DNA from: Malassezia furfur
Lineage: Eukaryota
Assembly: GCA_052055015.1 (NCBI GenBank)
Contig: JBQJIT010000013.1
Reading direction: 5' to 3' (one strand)
DNA length: 20,000 nt
The notes beneath the pieces were generated by a model, which saw nothing but the letters and a program-made list of their open reading frames with translations, did not search any database and had not been told where the DNA came from. Both the position numbers and the translations under genes were made by a program. Positions 9,006 through 18,576 of this stretch are shown here, piece after piece (the first letter of the stretch is position 1; every line of letters starts with the position of its first letter).

Positions 9006-9809
9006 ATGCAGCGCTCGGGCGTCAGTGCAAGCTCGGTGATGGGCCTCAAAGCCGAGATCCATGCGGCACGGCAGCGTGCGGAGCAGGAGCGTGAGGCACC
9101 CAACAAACGTGCACGGACCGACAAGCTGCGCTTCGCGGAGGCGGCGCACGACGAGACGCCGAAGGAGACGCTCAGCGACGACCGCCTCGCAGCATCGCGC
9201 ATCAAACTGCAGCGCAAGGCACGGGCCTATGCCCGGATGCAAGAAGGCCGCCAGTCCAGTTCTGCTGCCGAAGGTCTGGTAGATTGGGACCTGAAAGCGG
9301 GCGACGATGTTGACCATACTCCGTCGGACGCCAGCGACATCGACCGACCAGCGTCGCCACCCGCTGACGACCCGGACGACCCGCTCGTAGAGCATGTCGA
9401 CGAGTTTGGGCGTACGCGCATGGTCCGTCGCAGCGAACTGCCGCGCGCGCCCACGCCAGAGGAGGACGAGCCAGAGGCCATCTATGGGCCCGCGACGTCG
9501 TTCCCCGTATACCATCGCGCGCCGCACCAGCTCGAGGTGCGGCCTCCGCGTCCACTCTCCCCGGAACCGGAGCATTTTGATGCAGAATGGGAGATCCGTA
9601 CGCGTGGCGCCGCATTCTACAAGTTTGATGCTAACGAAAACGTCCGTCGCGCACAGCAGCGTGACTTGCAGGCGCTACGCGACGAGACGCAGGCGCGGCG
9701 CGCCGATCGCGGCATGTCGCCGGTTGCGGAGCGGCGTACGACGCTCGGTGCCGCGCGCCGAGCGGCGCGGCAGCGCGTTATTGATGCGCATCGCACCTCG
9801 GTTCGGTAG
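9006..9809 (+). CDS. CCDC174-like (DUF4078-type) coiled-coil protein, 267 aa
   Basis: Motifs VSASSVMGLKAE, SRIKLQRKARAY, VEHVDEFGRTRMV and HFDAEWEIRTRGAAFYKF recalled from this family. ATG at 9006 is in frame with ORF 8262..9809. Confidence 0.8.
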   Translation: MQRSGVSASSVMGLKAEIHAARQRAEQEREAPNKRARTDKLRFAEAAHDETPKETLSDDRLAASRIKLQRKARAYARMQEGRQSSSAAEGLVDWDLKAGDDVDHTPSDASDIDRPASPPADDPDDPLVEHVDEFGRTRMVRRSELPRAPTPEEDEPEAIYGPATSFPVYHRAPHQLEVRPPRPLSPEPEHFDAEWEIRTRGAAFYKFDANENVRRAQQRDLQALRDETQARRADRGMSPVAERRTTLGAARRAARQRVIDAHRTSVR

Positions 9810-9843
9810 GTGCCACTTTGTGGTCTCTTGTACATATGCCCAA

Positions 9844-11727
9844 CTACGACGACGGCGACTCCTCCAAAAACGACAAACACCCTGGGCTGCACCCGCGCCA
9901 TAGCAGCGGGAGGCACCCGCTGTGCTGCATCTGCGTATGCGCGTCGGTTGCACCAGCGAGCAGCTCCGTGCCTTGTTTGGCAACGCGCACACCGGCAACG
10001 TGCGACACCCACTCGAGCCGCTCCTCGTACGGCTGCGCAAACAGCGGAGCATCGTCGATCGCCGACTCGGCGACTGGCCAATCGCTCACGCCGTCCGTCG
10101 ACGGCGCCGACTCGCGCGCGTTGGGGCACCGGTTGAAGTAGACGTTCTTGCACGCATCCTCCCCGGCGTCCAGCAAATGGTCCACGTCCATCGCGTCGGG
10201 CAGCGACTCGATCGACGCCTCGCTCTCGGGCGAGCCCGAGGGGTGGAAGTGCGCGCCGTCATACCACACGTCGTGGCCACGCTGCATGCGCTGGTTGCGA
10301 TGCGGCAGGTTGGTCGGCGTGCCCCACAGCCGCAGGGCACTGCGCCGCGCCGCCTCGAGGCGTGCGACCATTTGCACATCAAGCGTGTATTGCAGCGAAC
10401 GGAGGCACCCTGTCTCGTACTGCTCGAGCAGCATCGCACCTTCCTCGTTGCCAAGCAGGCGCCGAATGCATATCTCGGCGAGCGTCGGCATCCCGTGCCG
10501 TTTGAGCGGAGCAAGTGCACGCACCATCGGCGCCATGTCCTCCTTGGCGCGCGGCGGTACGTGTGTTTCGGTGCGCGCGCGCTGCAGCGTATGGGGTACG
10601 CGCGGCGGGCCCATCACAGTGCGCTGGCTGTTGCGGGCGCGCTGGGAAATGCGTGCGTCGGGAGGGATAGCGAGAAATGGGTTGGGGACGTAGGTGAACG
10701 TGTCAAGCTCCAAGCGCTGGATCTCGGCAGGGAGGTAGGTGAGCATATTGCCGCCCACGTTGAGCTCGCGTAGCGCATGCAGCTCGCCAATCGCGGGGGG
10801 TAGGTACGTCAGCGCATTCTTCCGCAGCGACAGCACACCGAGGTTGCGCAGTTGGAAAAGCGCGCTGGGCAGGCGCGTCAGCCGATTGTCCCACAGATAG
10901 CACTGGACCAAATTCCGCGCGCGGTCGTGCATCGAGTCGATGCGCTTGCCCGAGTCGGCGCGACGCGGTGCAATCGCGACGTAGCTGTGTAGATCGCCAA
11001 TCAATGGGGGGATATGGGTCAGGCTGCATCCACCAAGCAGCAGCGCTGGCGCCTCGCGGCCCTCGTCAAAAATCCGGTTGATCAGTGTCGGCCAGTGCAC
11101 CTGGCCGGGAAGGTTGGTGCTCAGTGCGCGGCGCATTAGGCGCGGCGGGGGCGGCACAGTGTCGTGTTGCTCCCATGCGCTGAGCGCGGTCGTATCGGTG
11201 CGCGTACGCGTGAGCTTCTTGGGCGACGTGCCGGAGAGGCGCACGCGTTGGGACAGCGGCGGGTCGTTGGGCCGCGCGCCCAGTCCGCTTAACGGATCTG
11301 TGCCAGCCGATTCGGTGCGGGAAAACGCCCGCGTCTGTGGAAGAAAAGGTACGCTTTCCACCGAGCTGCTCATAGGATCGTCCGAGCTCGGCGGCAGGGG
11401 TTCGTCTTCGTCCGACTCAAAAAACTGACCAAGCACGTCGGCTTCGCCCGGCGCAGCGGGTGCATTGCTGGGCACGAGAGTCAGGTCTGCAAGGCCCACA
11501 TCCGCGTTCCGACGCGCGGGCGCTGTGGCCGAGCGCCCAAACTCGCGCCGCGCCGGCAGCGTGAGGTGCTTGGCGGAGCCCGCAAACGGGTCGATGCTAG
11601 CATGCGATGCGGCGCGAGCAAAGGTTGGGCTCGATGGCGGCGATACCCAATCGGCTGCTGAGCTGGTCGGGGGTGGCGACGAGGAAAAGTCAGACGTGCT
11701 GGCCGGCACGCGAAACGTGCCAGACAT
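9844..11727 (-). CDS. Leucine-rich repeat protein with BC-box-like motif and Cys-containing C-terminus, 627 aa
   Basis: LRRs (YLWDNRLTRLPSALFQLRNLGVLSLRKNALTYLPPAIGELHALRELNVGGNMLTYLP), then PTLAEICIRRL, then C-terminal LPLLWRGCSPGC. Confidence 0.85.
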   Translation of the reverse strand: MSGTFRVPASTSDFSSSPPPTSSAADWVSPPSSPTFARAASHASIDPFAGSAKHLTLPARREFGRSATAPARRNADVGLADLTLVPSNAPAAPGEADVLGQFFESDEDEPLPPSSDDPMSSSVESVPFLPQTRAFSRTESAGTDPLSGLGARPNDPPLSQRVRLSGTSPKKLTRTRTDTTALSAWEQHDTVPPPPRLMRRALSTNLPGQVHWPTLINRIFDEGREAPALLLGGCSLTHIPPLIGDLHSYVAIAPRRADSGKRIDSMHDRARNLVQCYLWDNRLTRLPSALFQLRNLGVLSLRKNALTYLPPAIGELHALRELNVGGNMLTYLPAEIQRLELDTFTYVPNPFLAIPPDARISQRARNSQRTVMGPPRVPHTLQRARTETHVPPRAKEDMAPMVRALAPLKRHGMPTLAEICIRRLLGNEEGAMLLEQYETGCLRSLQYTLDVQMVARLEAARRSALRLWGTPTNLPHRNQRMQRGHDVWYDGAHFHPSGSPESEASIESLPDAMDVDHLLDAGEDACKNVYFNRCPNARESAPSTDGVSDWPVAESAIDDAPLFAQPYEERLEWVSHVAGVRVAKQGTELLAGATDAHTQMQHSGCLPLLWRGCSPGCLSFLEESPSS

Positions 11728-11778
11728 CGCCGAGACCCACGAGGGAACGCGTCGCGTCGAAATCCAAGGGGGTCCAAA

Positions 11779-12897
11779 CTACTCCACATGCCCGTGCGAA
11801 TCACCCAGCATCAGCTGCAGCAGCCGCGGGGTGATCGAGCCCAATACTACCAACGAAAGACAGCGAGTCGTCCGATGAGACAAGGTCACATCTTGGGATG
11901 GCATCTGTACCCGCATCCCCGCCACGCGTGGTGCTGGCGACATGGTACGTGCATGGATCGGGTGGTCATGATCGAGTGGGTGGTGGGAATGCCCAGCAGC
12001 ATGGGCGCCCTCGCTTGCATCCCCCGTGAGCTCAAGCACGGCGTGCATCGCAACATAGAGAAACGTGCCGCCGGAAAAACTCAAAATGGCGCCAATGTCG
12101 CGCGCATTGATCGTTGCTTCCGCTCCGCCCGTGACGCGGAAGATGAATTGGATAGCCGCATACGTCGAGATGGCGCCCACGGGCGTCGCAAGGCTAAACA
12201 CCAAAATGGCCCACCGGATATCGGTCCGACTCAGCTGCAGAGACATGAGCAATGTACAGGTGCCGATCGACGCGGGAGCTTTGTGGACCATGATGGCCAG
12301 CACCACGACGATGCGCAGCGAAGCGTCGGGACTGTCGACCGACGCACCGAGTGCAATGCCGTCGGCCAGGGCGTGGATAATTAGACCAAGCAGGCTGCTG
12401 AGCGCGCCTAGGAAATTGGTGCTGGATGGAAGCCAGCCGTTATTTTGTTCCTCATCAATGGAATACCACGGCACGTCGTCGTCTGTCTGTTCCACATCCG
12501 AAACGTGGTGGTGTGCATGCGCGTGCGTACTGCGCCGATGCATTTTCGCCATCATTTGTCGGTCGACGCTGGGTTAGGGACAGGACATCACATACAGGAA
12601 CATCAGCAAAAAGCCCGAGAGCAGGCACGCTGCGATTAGGTCTTTGGACGTGAGATGTTTGTTGGATTCTCGCACCGGCTGGCCGTCACGGCAAAGGTTG
12701 CTACCTTTGTATACGCTCGCAATCCCTTCAGGAATCACCACCGTAAGTGCCGCGCCGAGAAGCAGTCCCGAGCCCCACAGCTCGAGCATCCGCAGACCAT
12801 TTCGCGAGAGCTGAAAGAAAAGGGGCAGTGTCCCGATGGCGTAGGTACCTAACGCCATCGCGACACACACCCCAGCCAGCCCCACGACGTCCCACAT
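11779..12897 (-). CDS. ATX2: ZIP (SLC39) metal transporter, ZIP9/Atx2-like, 2 exons, ~363 aa
   Basis: Exons 12897-12596 and 12568-11779, with a 27-nt intron 12595-12569 (GTATGT..CCTAAC.CAG). Motifs GLLLGAALTVVIPEG, HALADGIALG, HKAPAS, FSGGTFLYVA, and His-rich loops. Confidence 0.9.
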
Positions 12898-13080
12898 GTG
12901 CGGTGGGTAAGCGGTATTTCTCTTCGGCCGATGCGATGAGCGGGCGTCAGCTAGCACAGACCGCCTGCGAGTGGAGGCGCCGACGCTTGTGCGAGTTTCC
13001 CCGCACTCCACGTACCGCGTAGCAAAGCGCGCACGGGTCCGGTCAAGCCCAGCTCAAGTGTACCTTATTTGGCCAGCTAT

Positions 13081-14162
13081 TTAAAGGCGGGCCGAGGGTC
13101 CGTTAACGTAGGCATACGTGCTGCGGATGCGCTCCTCTGCTTCCCGCTCGATGCGCGCGACGAGCTCTTTGCACGTAGGCTGCGTGAGTCCACCCATACA
13201 TACAATGTCGTGGATCAGACCAAGTGTCTGTCCCGCCGTCCAGACGCCTGCATCTGGATCTCCCTTCGTGTACACGGTCCGACCGCGTTGACCAGAGACG
13301 AGCGGCTGGATCTCCTTGAATTCAACGTGCCGGGCCTCAAGCTCGAGAACTTCCTTGGTGATCTTGTTTTTGAACACGCGGGTCGTGTTGCGCAGACTGC
13401 GTAGGATGTGCGCTGTGTCACGCTCACCCGACTGTACAATGACCTGTTTGATCCTGTCGTCGATCTCGCTCTCTTTCGTGGCCATGAAGCGCGTGCCCAT
13501 ATTAGCACCCACAGCTCCAAGCGCCAGGGTTGCGGCCAGTCCACGGCCGTTGGCGACACCGCCCGAAGCAATAAAGGGTGCCTTAACCTGGTCGGCCGCC
13601 AGTGCGAGCAGGACCAGCCCACCGATATCGTCCTCGCCCGGGTGTCCTGCGCATTCCCCTGTGGTGTTAGCGCCATGGAGACGTCAAGAAACCTACACCC
13701 ATCGATGCTCAGCATGTCAGCGCCAAGGCGCAGAGCTGTCTGTCCATGCCGAATGGCTGTGCACTTGTGAATCACAAATGCACCGGCTTCCTTGAGAATC
13801 TTGATGACCGGCCCGGGATTGTTTCCTGCAGTTTCAAAAATCCGCACGCCGGCCTCAAGAGCCGCTCTCGCGTACCCTTCGTAGTCCGGCGGAACAACCG
13901 CAGGAAGCAGCGTGATGTTTACACCAAATGCGCCATACTTGGAACGCTCCTTGGCGATTTCGGGGTCGATAAGCGAGCGCGCCTGCTCGATAGCTCGCTT
14001 CAGCTCCTCTGGAGAAGGCTGCGTCAGGGCGGTCATGATACCCAATGCCCCTGCGTTCGATGCAGCGGCCGCAAGAGCAGGCGTACCCACCCATTGCATG
14101 CCACCCATCACCAGAGGCACGCGCAAACCCAGCGTTTCAGTCAGGTACGTCTTGATCGGCAT
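13081..14162 (-). CDS. Nitronate monooxygenase / 2-nitropropane dioxygenase family FMN enzyme, 3 exons, ~339 aa
   Basis: Exons 14162-13697, 13658-13204, 13179-13081; introns of 38 and 24 nt. Motifs VMGGMQWVG, SNAGALG, SIDGWECAGHPG, IASGGVANGRG, MGTRF, IHDIPTC. Confidence 0.92.
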
Positions 14163-14189
14163 CGTAGCGTGTCGCCGAAGCCGGTTCTA

Positions 14190-14197
14190 TCACGTGA
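14190..14197. promoter_or_regulatory. Palindromic E-box TCACGTGA (Cbf1/bHLH-type) in the 86-bp divergent NMO/ERD2 interval
   Basis: Exact match to RTCACGTG between ATGs at 14162(-) and 14249(+). Function is inferred. Confidence 0.5.
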
Positions 14198-14248
14198 CTT
14201 GCTCGGGGCCTCCTCGCGACCGCTTCGACGGTAGCACCACGCATCACG

Positions 14249-15000
14249 ATGAACATCTTCCGGCTGTTAGGTGATCTGTCGCACATTGCGTCCATCTTGA
14301 TCCTGATTCACAAGATCACGACGTCGCGGTCAGCCCGAGGTATGCACTTGCGCACTGACAACAGGCATTTCATTCAAGACACAGGCGCTGTATGCGACCG
14401 TCTTCGTCGCGCGCTACCTTGCGCTGTTTTCGCCCCCTGTGTTCTACCTGGTTGTGATGAAGATCTTCTTTCTGGCCAGTTCATTCTACGTGATTTATTT
14501 GATGAAGTTCAAGTTCCGGTATGTGCGTCTTGACTTATGCAGCTCGCGCGTGGAAGTGGACATTGACACGATCCGGCTGGAGTATTTGCTTGGTGGAAGC
14601 GCGTTGCTGGCTCTGCTGTTCAACTACAAGTTTACGCCGCTCGAAATCCTGTGGTCGTTTAGCATTTTCCTGGAGTCTGTTGCAATTCTCCCTCAGATGT
14701 TCCTGCTGCAGCGCCTGGGCGAGGCAGAGACGATCACGACCCATTACATCTTTGCGCTTGGTGCCTACCGCACCATGTATCTGTTCAACTGGGTGTACCG
14801 GTACGTCGTATGCGAAGCTGACGCAGTCTCATCTTCGAACACAAGCACCATTTCGACTACATTGCATTTATTGCCGGCCTCGTCCAGACTGGGCTGTACG
14901 CGGACTTTTTCTACAGTACGTCGTTCAACAAGCTACTTGCGCTAACGCAGTCTACTATGAGAAGGTCCTACATGGCAAAAAATTCGAGCTACCTGCGTGA
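14249..15000 (+). CDS. ERD2: ER lumen protein-retaining (HDEL/KDEL) receptor, 5 exons, 213 aa
   Basis: Exons 14249-14339, 14365-14518, 14543-14800, 14827-14915, 14951-15000 (642 nt). Introns of 25, 24, 26 and 35 nt. Motifs MNIFRLLGDLSH, GISFKTQ, LESVAILPQ, AGLVQTGLYADFF, GKKFELPA. Confidence 0.96.
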
Positions 15001-15194
15001 AGCATCTCGCTCGAACGGGTGCGCAACGGCTTCGTATATATCCCCTCGTACCTGCATTCTGCGTAGACAGTAGCTTTTCTTGATTTTATGGCTGATTCCT
15101 ACCGTGGTGCACAAAAAGAGTCTGGTCAGCATCACAGACGCTTTCTCGCAACTGACTGGGCGGTCGCGTGGGTGGTTGTGTCCACGGCATCCCC

Positions 15195-15201
15195 AAAAAA
15201 A
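15195..15201 (-). terminator. RNA polymerase III terminator (T7)
   Basis: Seven T residues on the minus strand directly after the tRNA discriminator base. Confidence 0.85.
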
Positions 15202-15296
15202 TTCCCAATCCGGGAGTCGAACCCGGGTCTTGTCGGTGCGCTCCACAGTACGTGACTCGTGAGAGCGACATGTACTAGCCGTTGTACTAATTAGGA
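15202..15296 (-). tRNA. tRNA-Glu(CTC) with 23-nt intron at the canonical 37/38 position (15259-15237)
   Basis: Acceptor stem TCCTAAT/ATTGGGA, D arm GTAC/GTAC, anticodon stem TGTCG/CGACA with CTC at 15263-15261, T arm CCGGG-TTCGACT-CCCGG. Mature length 72 nt. Confidence 0.95.
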
Positions 15297-15372
15297 CGGC
15301 GGTTGGGGAGTCCGCGTGTTTTTGCGTATGTAAACGGGTTGGTCTACGTAGGGCTATGCGGTCCACCGGACT

Positions 15373-17218
15373 CTACGAGGTCTCCTGTACAGACTCGTTC
15401 TCCGCCTCGAAGCTGGTCTCAGTGGACAGGCGCGATACATCGCCGGACCCATTCTCGGACCGCGCAGGCATCCCGCCAAGCCCCGGAAGCTTGCCCAGAT
15501 AGCGTGGCGGATTGCCGCATCGGTCCTTGCCAAAGCTGATTTTCATCGACTGGTAGTCTTTGTGGTACTTGAGTCCCTCGATGCACTTGATAGCAGACTG
15601 GATGTTGAGGAAGTTGGCAAACGCCTGAGGTCAGTGTGGGGATACATACGCAGTTCCGTTCCTTCAACGTGTTGACCATTTCCAGCTCGCCGTACTGGGA
15701 CAAGTCCGCACGGATCTTGTCCTCGTTCATCATCTCGGGGTTGTCAATGTTGCCCAGGTACACGTTGCGCGATGCACCGCTCTGCACCGCAAGAGCCATC
15801 GCCGGGCTAAGCGCGCCCGAGGGTCGACCCCACCCGATTTTGAGCCGCCGGCTGTGGATGGTAATGCCGGTCAACGAGGCCATGTGGAAGAAGGCGAGCG
15901 CGGCATTGGCGTCGATGAACGTGACAAACGCAATGTGGCGATCGGGCATGTACCGGATATATTGCAAAATGCCGCCCCGGACATGGTTGCAAATGTCCTC
16001 AGCTGTGGTGTCGGGGTGGAGATTGCCCAGGTACACGGTGCGGTTGCCAAACTGGTGGTACTGTGGCTCGACATTGTTCGTCGGCGACCGCCCATCGTGC
16101 TCGTCAGACGACGCGCGGCGCTGCGGCGAGGCGCCTTCAAACAGCCCGACGTTGTTCGAGCCATAGTTCATATAGCCAGTCGGGTAGCCCAGCCAGGTCG
16201 CCGCGGCCAGTCCCATGGCTGCGGCCTGGTGGTTGTGAGCCTGAATCTGCTGCTGCCCCTTGGGGACGTATGCACAGCGGTCTTTTCCGTAGTTGATGCG
16301 CTTGCCGCTCCACTTGGGCTCGGTCGGGAGCGTTGCGACGACTTTCATGGCGGTTTGGATAGAGAGGAAGTGCACAAACGCAATGGCTTGGTCGCGCACA
16401 ATTTTCACCTGGTCGATGGGCCCGAAGCGCCCCAGATCGTTACGCAGGTCTTGCTCAGTGGTGTTTTCATCAAGTTGGCCAATGTAGACATTTCGTGAGG
16501 CCTGATGTTGCTGCACAGCCATAACAACCGCAGGCGGAGGCACTGACGGTTTGCCCCACCCAATCTTGAGTTCCTGGCCATGGAGCGAAATGTGACGCAC
16601 GCTGGAGTCGGCGTGGAATGCAGCGGCGACCTGCGCGCTCAGGAATGAGATGAACGCGCAGTTTTTGTCGGGCAGCAGCCGGACGCTCTCAATCGGGCCA
16701 AACTTGACCAGACTGAGGAGCTCATCAACGGATGCCTCGGCGGGCAGATTGCCCACATATACGGTGCGCCCAATGGGCACCATTGGGGGCATCTGTGCGC
16801 GCGCCGCCATGCTGCTAAATTCAGGCAGGCTCTGAGCGAGAGGCGCACTGTACGGCGGAACATACCCCATGGGTATCCCTGTTGACATGGGCATCATGTA
16901 AGGCATCGATGATCCCCAGCCGGGCAAGACTGGCGTGGGGATCGCCATTCCCGCGGCAGCAGGCTGTATGGGCATAACCGGAGCGAAACCCGGCGCATAT
17001 GCCGCGGTCTGTGTGCCGGACGACAATGGGTCTGCATTGGGCACCTGGCCAGTGCTGTCGGTGTGTTCGAGATGGAGGGTATCCATAGACTTCGCCAAAG
17101 ATGCGTCCGTGTTATGCGCATGTGCTTGGCGGGTATCTGAGGGGGAGGGGTCCGCTGGCCCATGGCTGGGCGACCCTGGCGTGCTGGAGGCACGCGACGC
17201 AGTGCGTTCTCCGGACAT
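15373..17218 (-). CDS. MRN1: Four-RRM RNA-binding protein, Mrn1 / S. pombe Nrd1(Msa2) family, 2 exons, ~606 aa
   Basis: Duplicated RRM pairs: RTVYVGNL..LKIGWGKPS, ASRNVYIG..INYGKDRC, RTVYLGNL..LKIGWGRPS, ASRNVYLG..ISFGKDRCGNPPR. A 25-nt intron 15649-15625 restores the fourth RRM. Stop TAG at 15375-15373. Confidence 0.9.
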
Positions 17219-17523
17219 GCACGTGTAGGAGGGGCAAAACCTGCGCGAAAGGAGGCGTAAGCGTTCCGTTCGAGGACGCCGTGTTTAAGGCGTAACGCAA
17301 GTTTCTTGCGTCGGACTACGCGCAGCGTCCGATGCTTCTACCTGAAACCGGAGAGCCGACGACGCTTTGGCGTGCCCGGCGTGTTACTCAGCCACGTGAC
17401 GAGCAAGCGTCCGGGGAAATCAGGGCAGGTCGGGGGAACCTAGTCTTTTTTGGCCAAGCAGATGAGATCGAATGCGTGGGGCTACAGACCGAAGCAACGT
17501 ATATACAACGGCATGGTGTCCGT

Positions 17524-18576
17524 CTACTTTTTGATCGTATCCGAGATAGAGGGGATTTCGGTCTTCTCGATAACGTTCTTGACCTTCTCGTAGATCGTGA
17601 ACACGACGGCCTGACCAGGCGCGACACGTGCCACACGCGGGGTAATACCTTTCCAGAAGGCACTCACACCCTCCTGCGCAAACATTTCGCGAGCCACTGG
17701 CGGTCAGTCTACTGTGCATCCACTTACCCTTCATCACACGGCTGAGCGCCGTCTCGCCGGGCTCCTTGCTCGCCTTTTGGATACGAGTCTTGATCGTGTC
17801 GATCGGGGCGTTCGAGAAGGGACCCAGCGCACCCGAGATCAGACCAATCGTGGCGGTTTCGTACGAAGGCAGCTCTTCCACCTTCTGCAAGCGCTGCGCA
17901 AGAGCCTTGAGCTCCTGGTACGCCGTGAAGTTGGCCGCCTGGTTGGTGGCCTGGCGTGCGGCCGTAAGCGCCACACCGCGGTAAAGCGTGCTGAAGCCTT
18001 CCTCGCGAATGATGGTGTAGAGAGCGTGACCGGCGTTGCGGTAGCGAGGAATCTCGTTGGGGTCCGCGAGCGAGTGCTGCTGCGCCTGCAGACGGATCTT
18101 GACGACCTCCATAGGGTTCACGACGAGTACCGCCTCCGTGGTACCGGCACCGAGACCAGCTGCGCATGTTAGAGTGGCTTTAAGACGTACCCAAAAAGAC
18201 ACCCTGGGGCGAGGTGACACCCGTCTCACGGTTCGCGAGCCAGCCCTTGTACTGCTCGAAACTCATGAAACGAATGGCCATCTTGGGCACAATGCCAGCC
18301 ACGACGGCACCGAGACCCTTGTACAGGCCGAGAGGACTCTCACGGCGGATAATGTGCATGCCGGTGGCAAAGAAGCCACGCGGCTTCTCGCCGTGAGCGC
18401 GGCCGCGGCGAGAGAGCTGCATGCGCACCTTGATGGTGTCAAGTGCTGATGGGTGAGTATGGGCGCCGCGCGTCGCGATACGTACGGTGGCAAGTGCATG
18501 CCTCGGCAAAGCCGGCGATACCACCAGCAATCAGCTGCGTAGCTGCAGACGTTTTGGGCTTGTTGTTCACTGCCAT
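17524..18576 (-). CDS. SFC1: Mitochondrial succinate/fumarate carrier (SLC25), 4 exons, ~316 aa
   Basis: Exons 18576-18486, 18445-18191, 18159-17728, 17696-17524 (951 nt); introns of 40, 31 and 31 nt. Three PX[DE]XXK motifs (HPLDTIKVR, NPMEVVKIR, APIDTIKTR) plus SFC1-typical GIVPKMAIRF, RQATNQAANF and GITPRVARVAPGQAVVF. Confidence 0.93.

Noticed and set aside
13081..14162. Recent bacterial horizontal transfer of the nitronate monooxygenase
   Set aside because: It has two host-type introns and a PTS1, and the family is widespread in fungi. A phylogeny would be needed.
100..18576. Apparent frameshifts/pseudogenes in EMC3, TAF10, NMO, ERD2, MRN1 and SFC1
   Set aside because: Each break is resolved exactly by a GT..branch..CAG micro-intron that restores conserved motifs.
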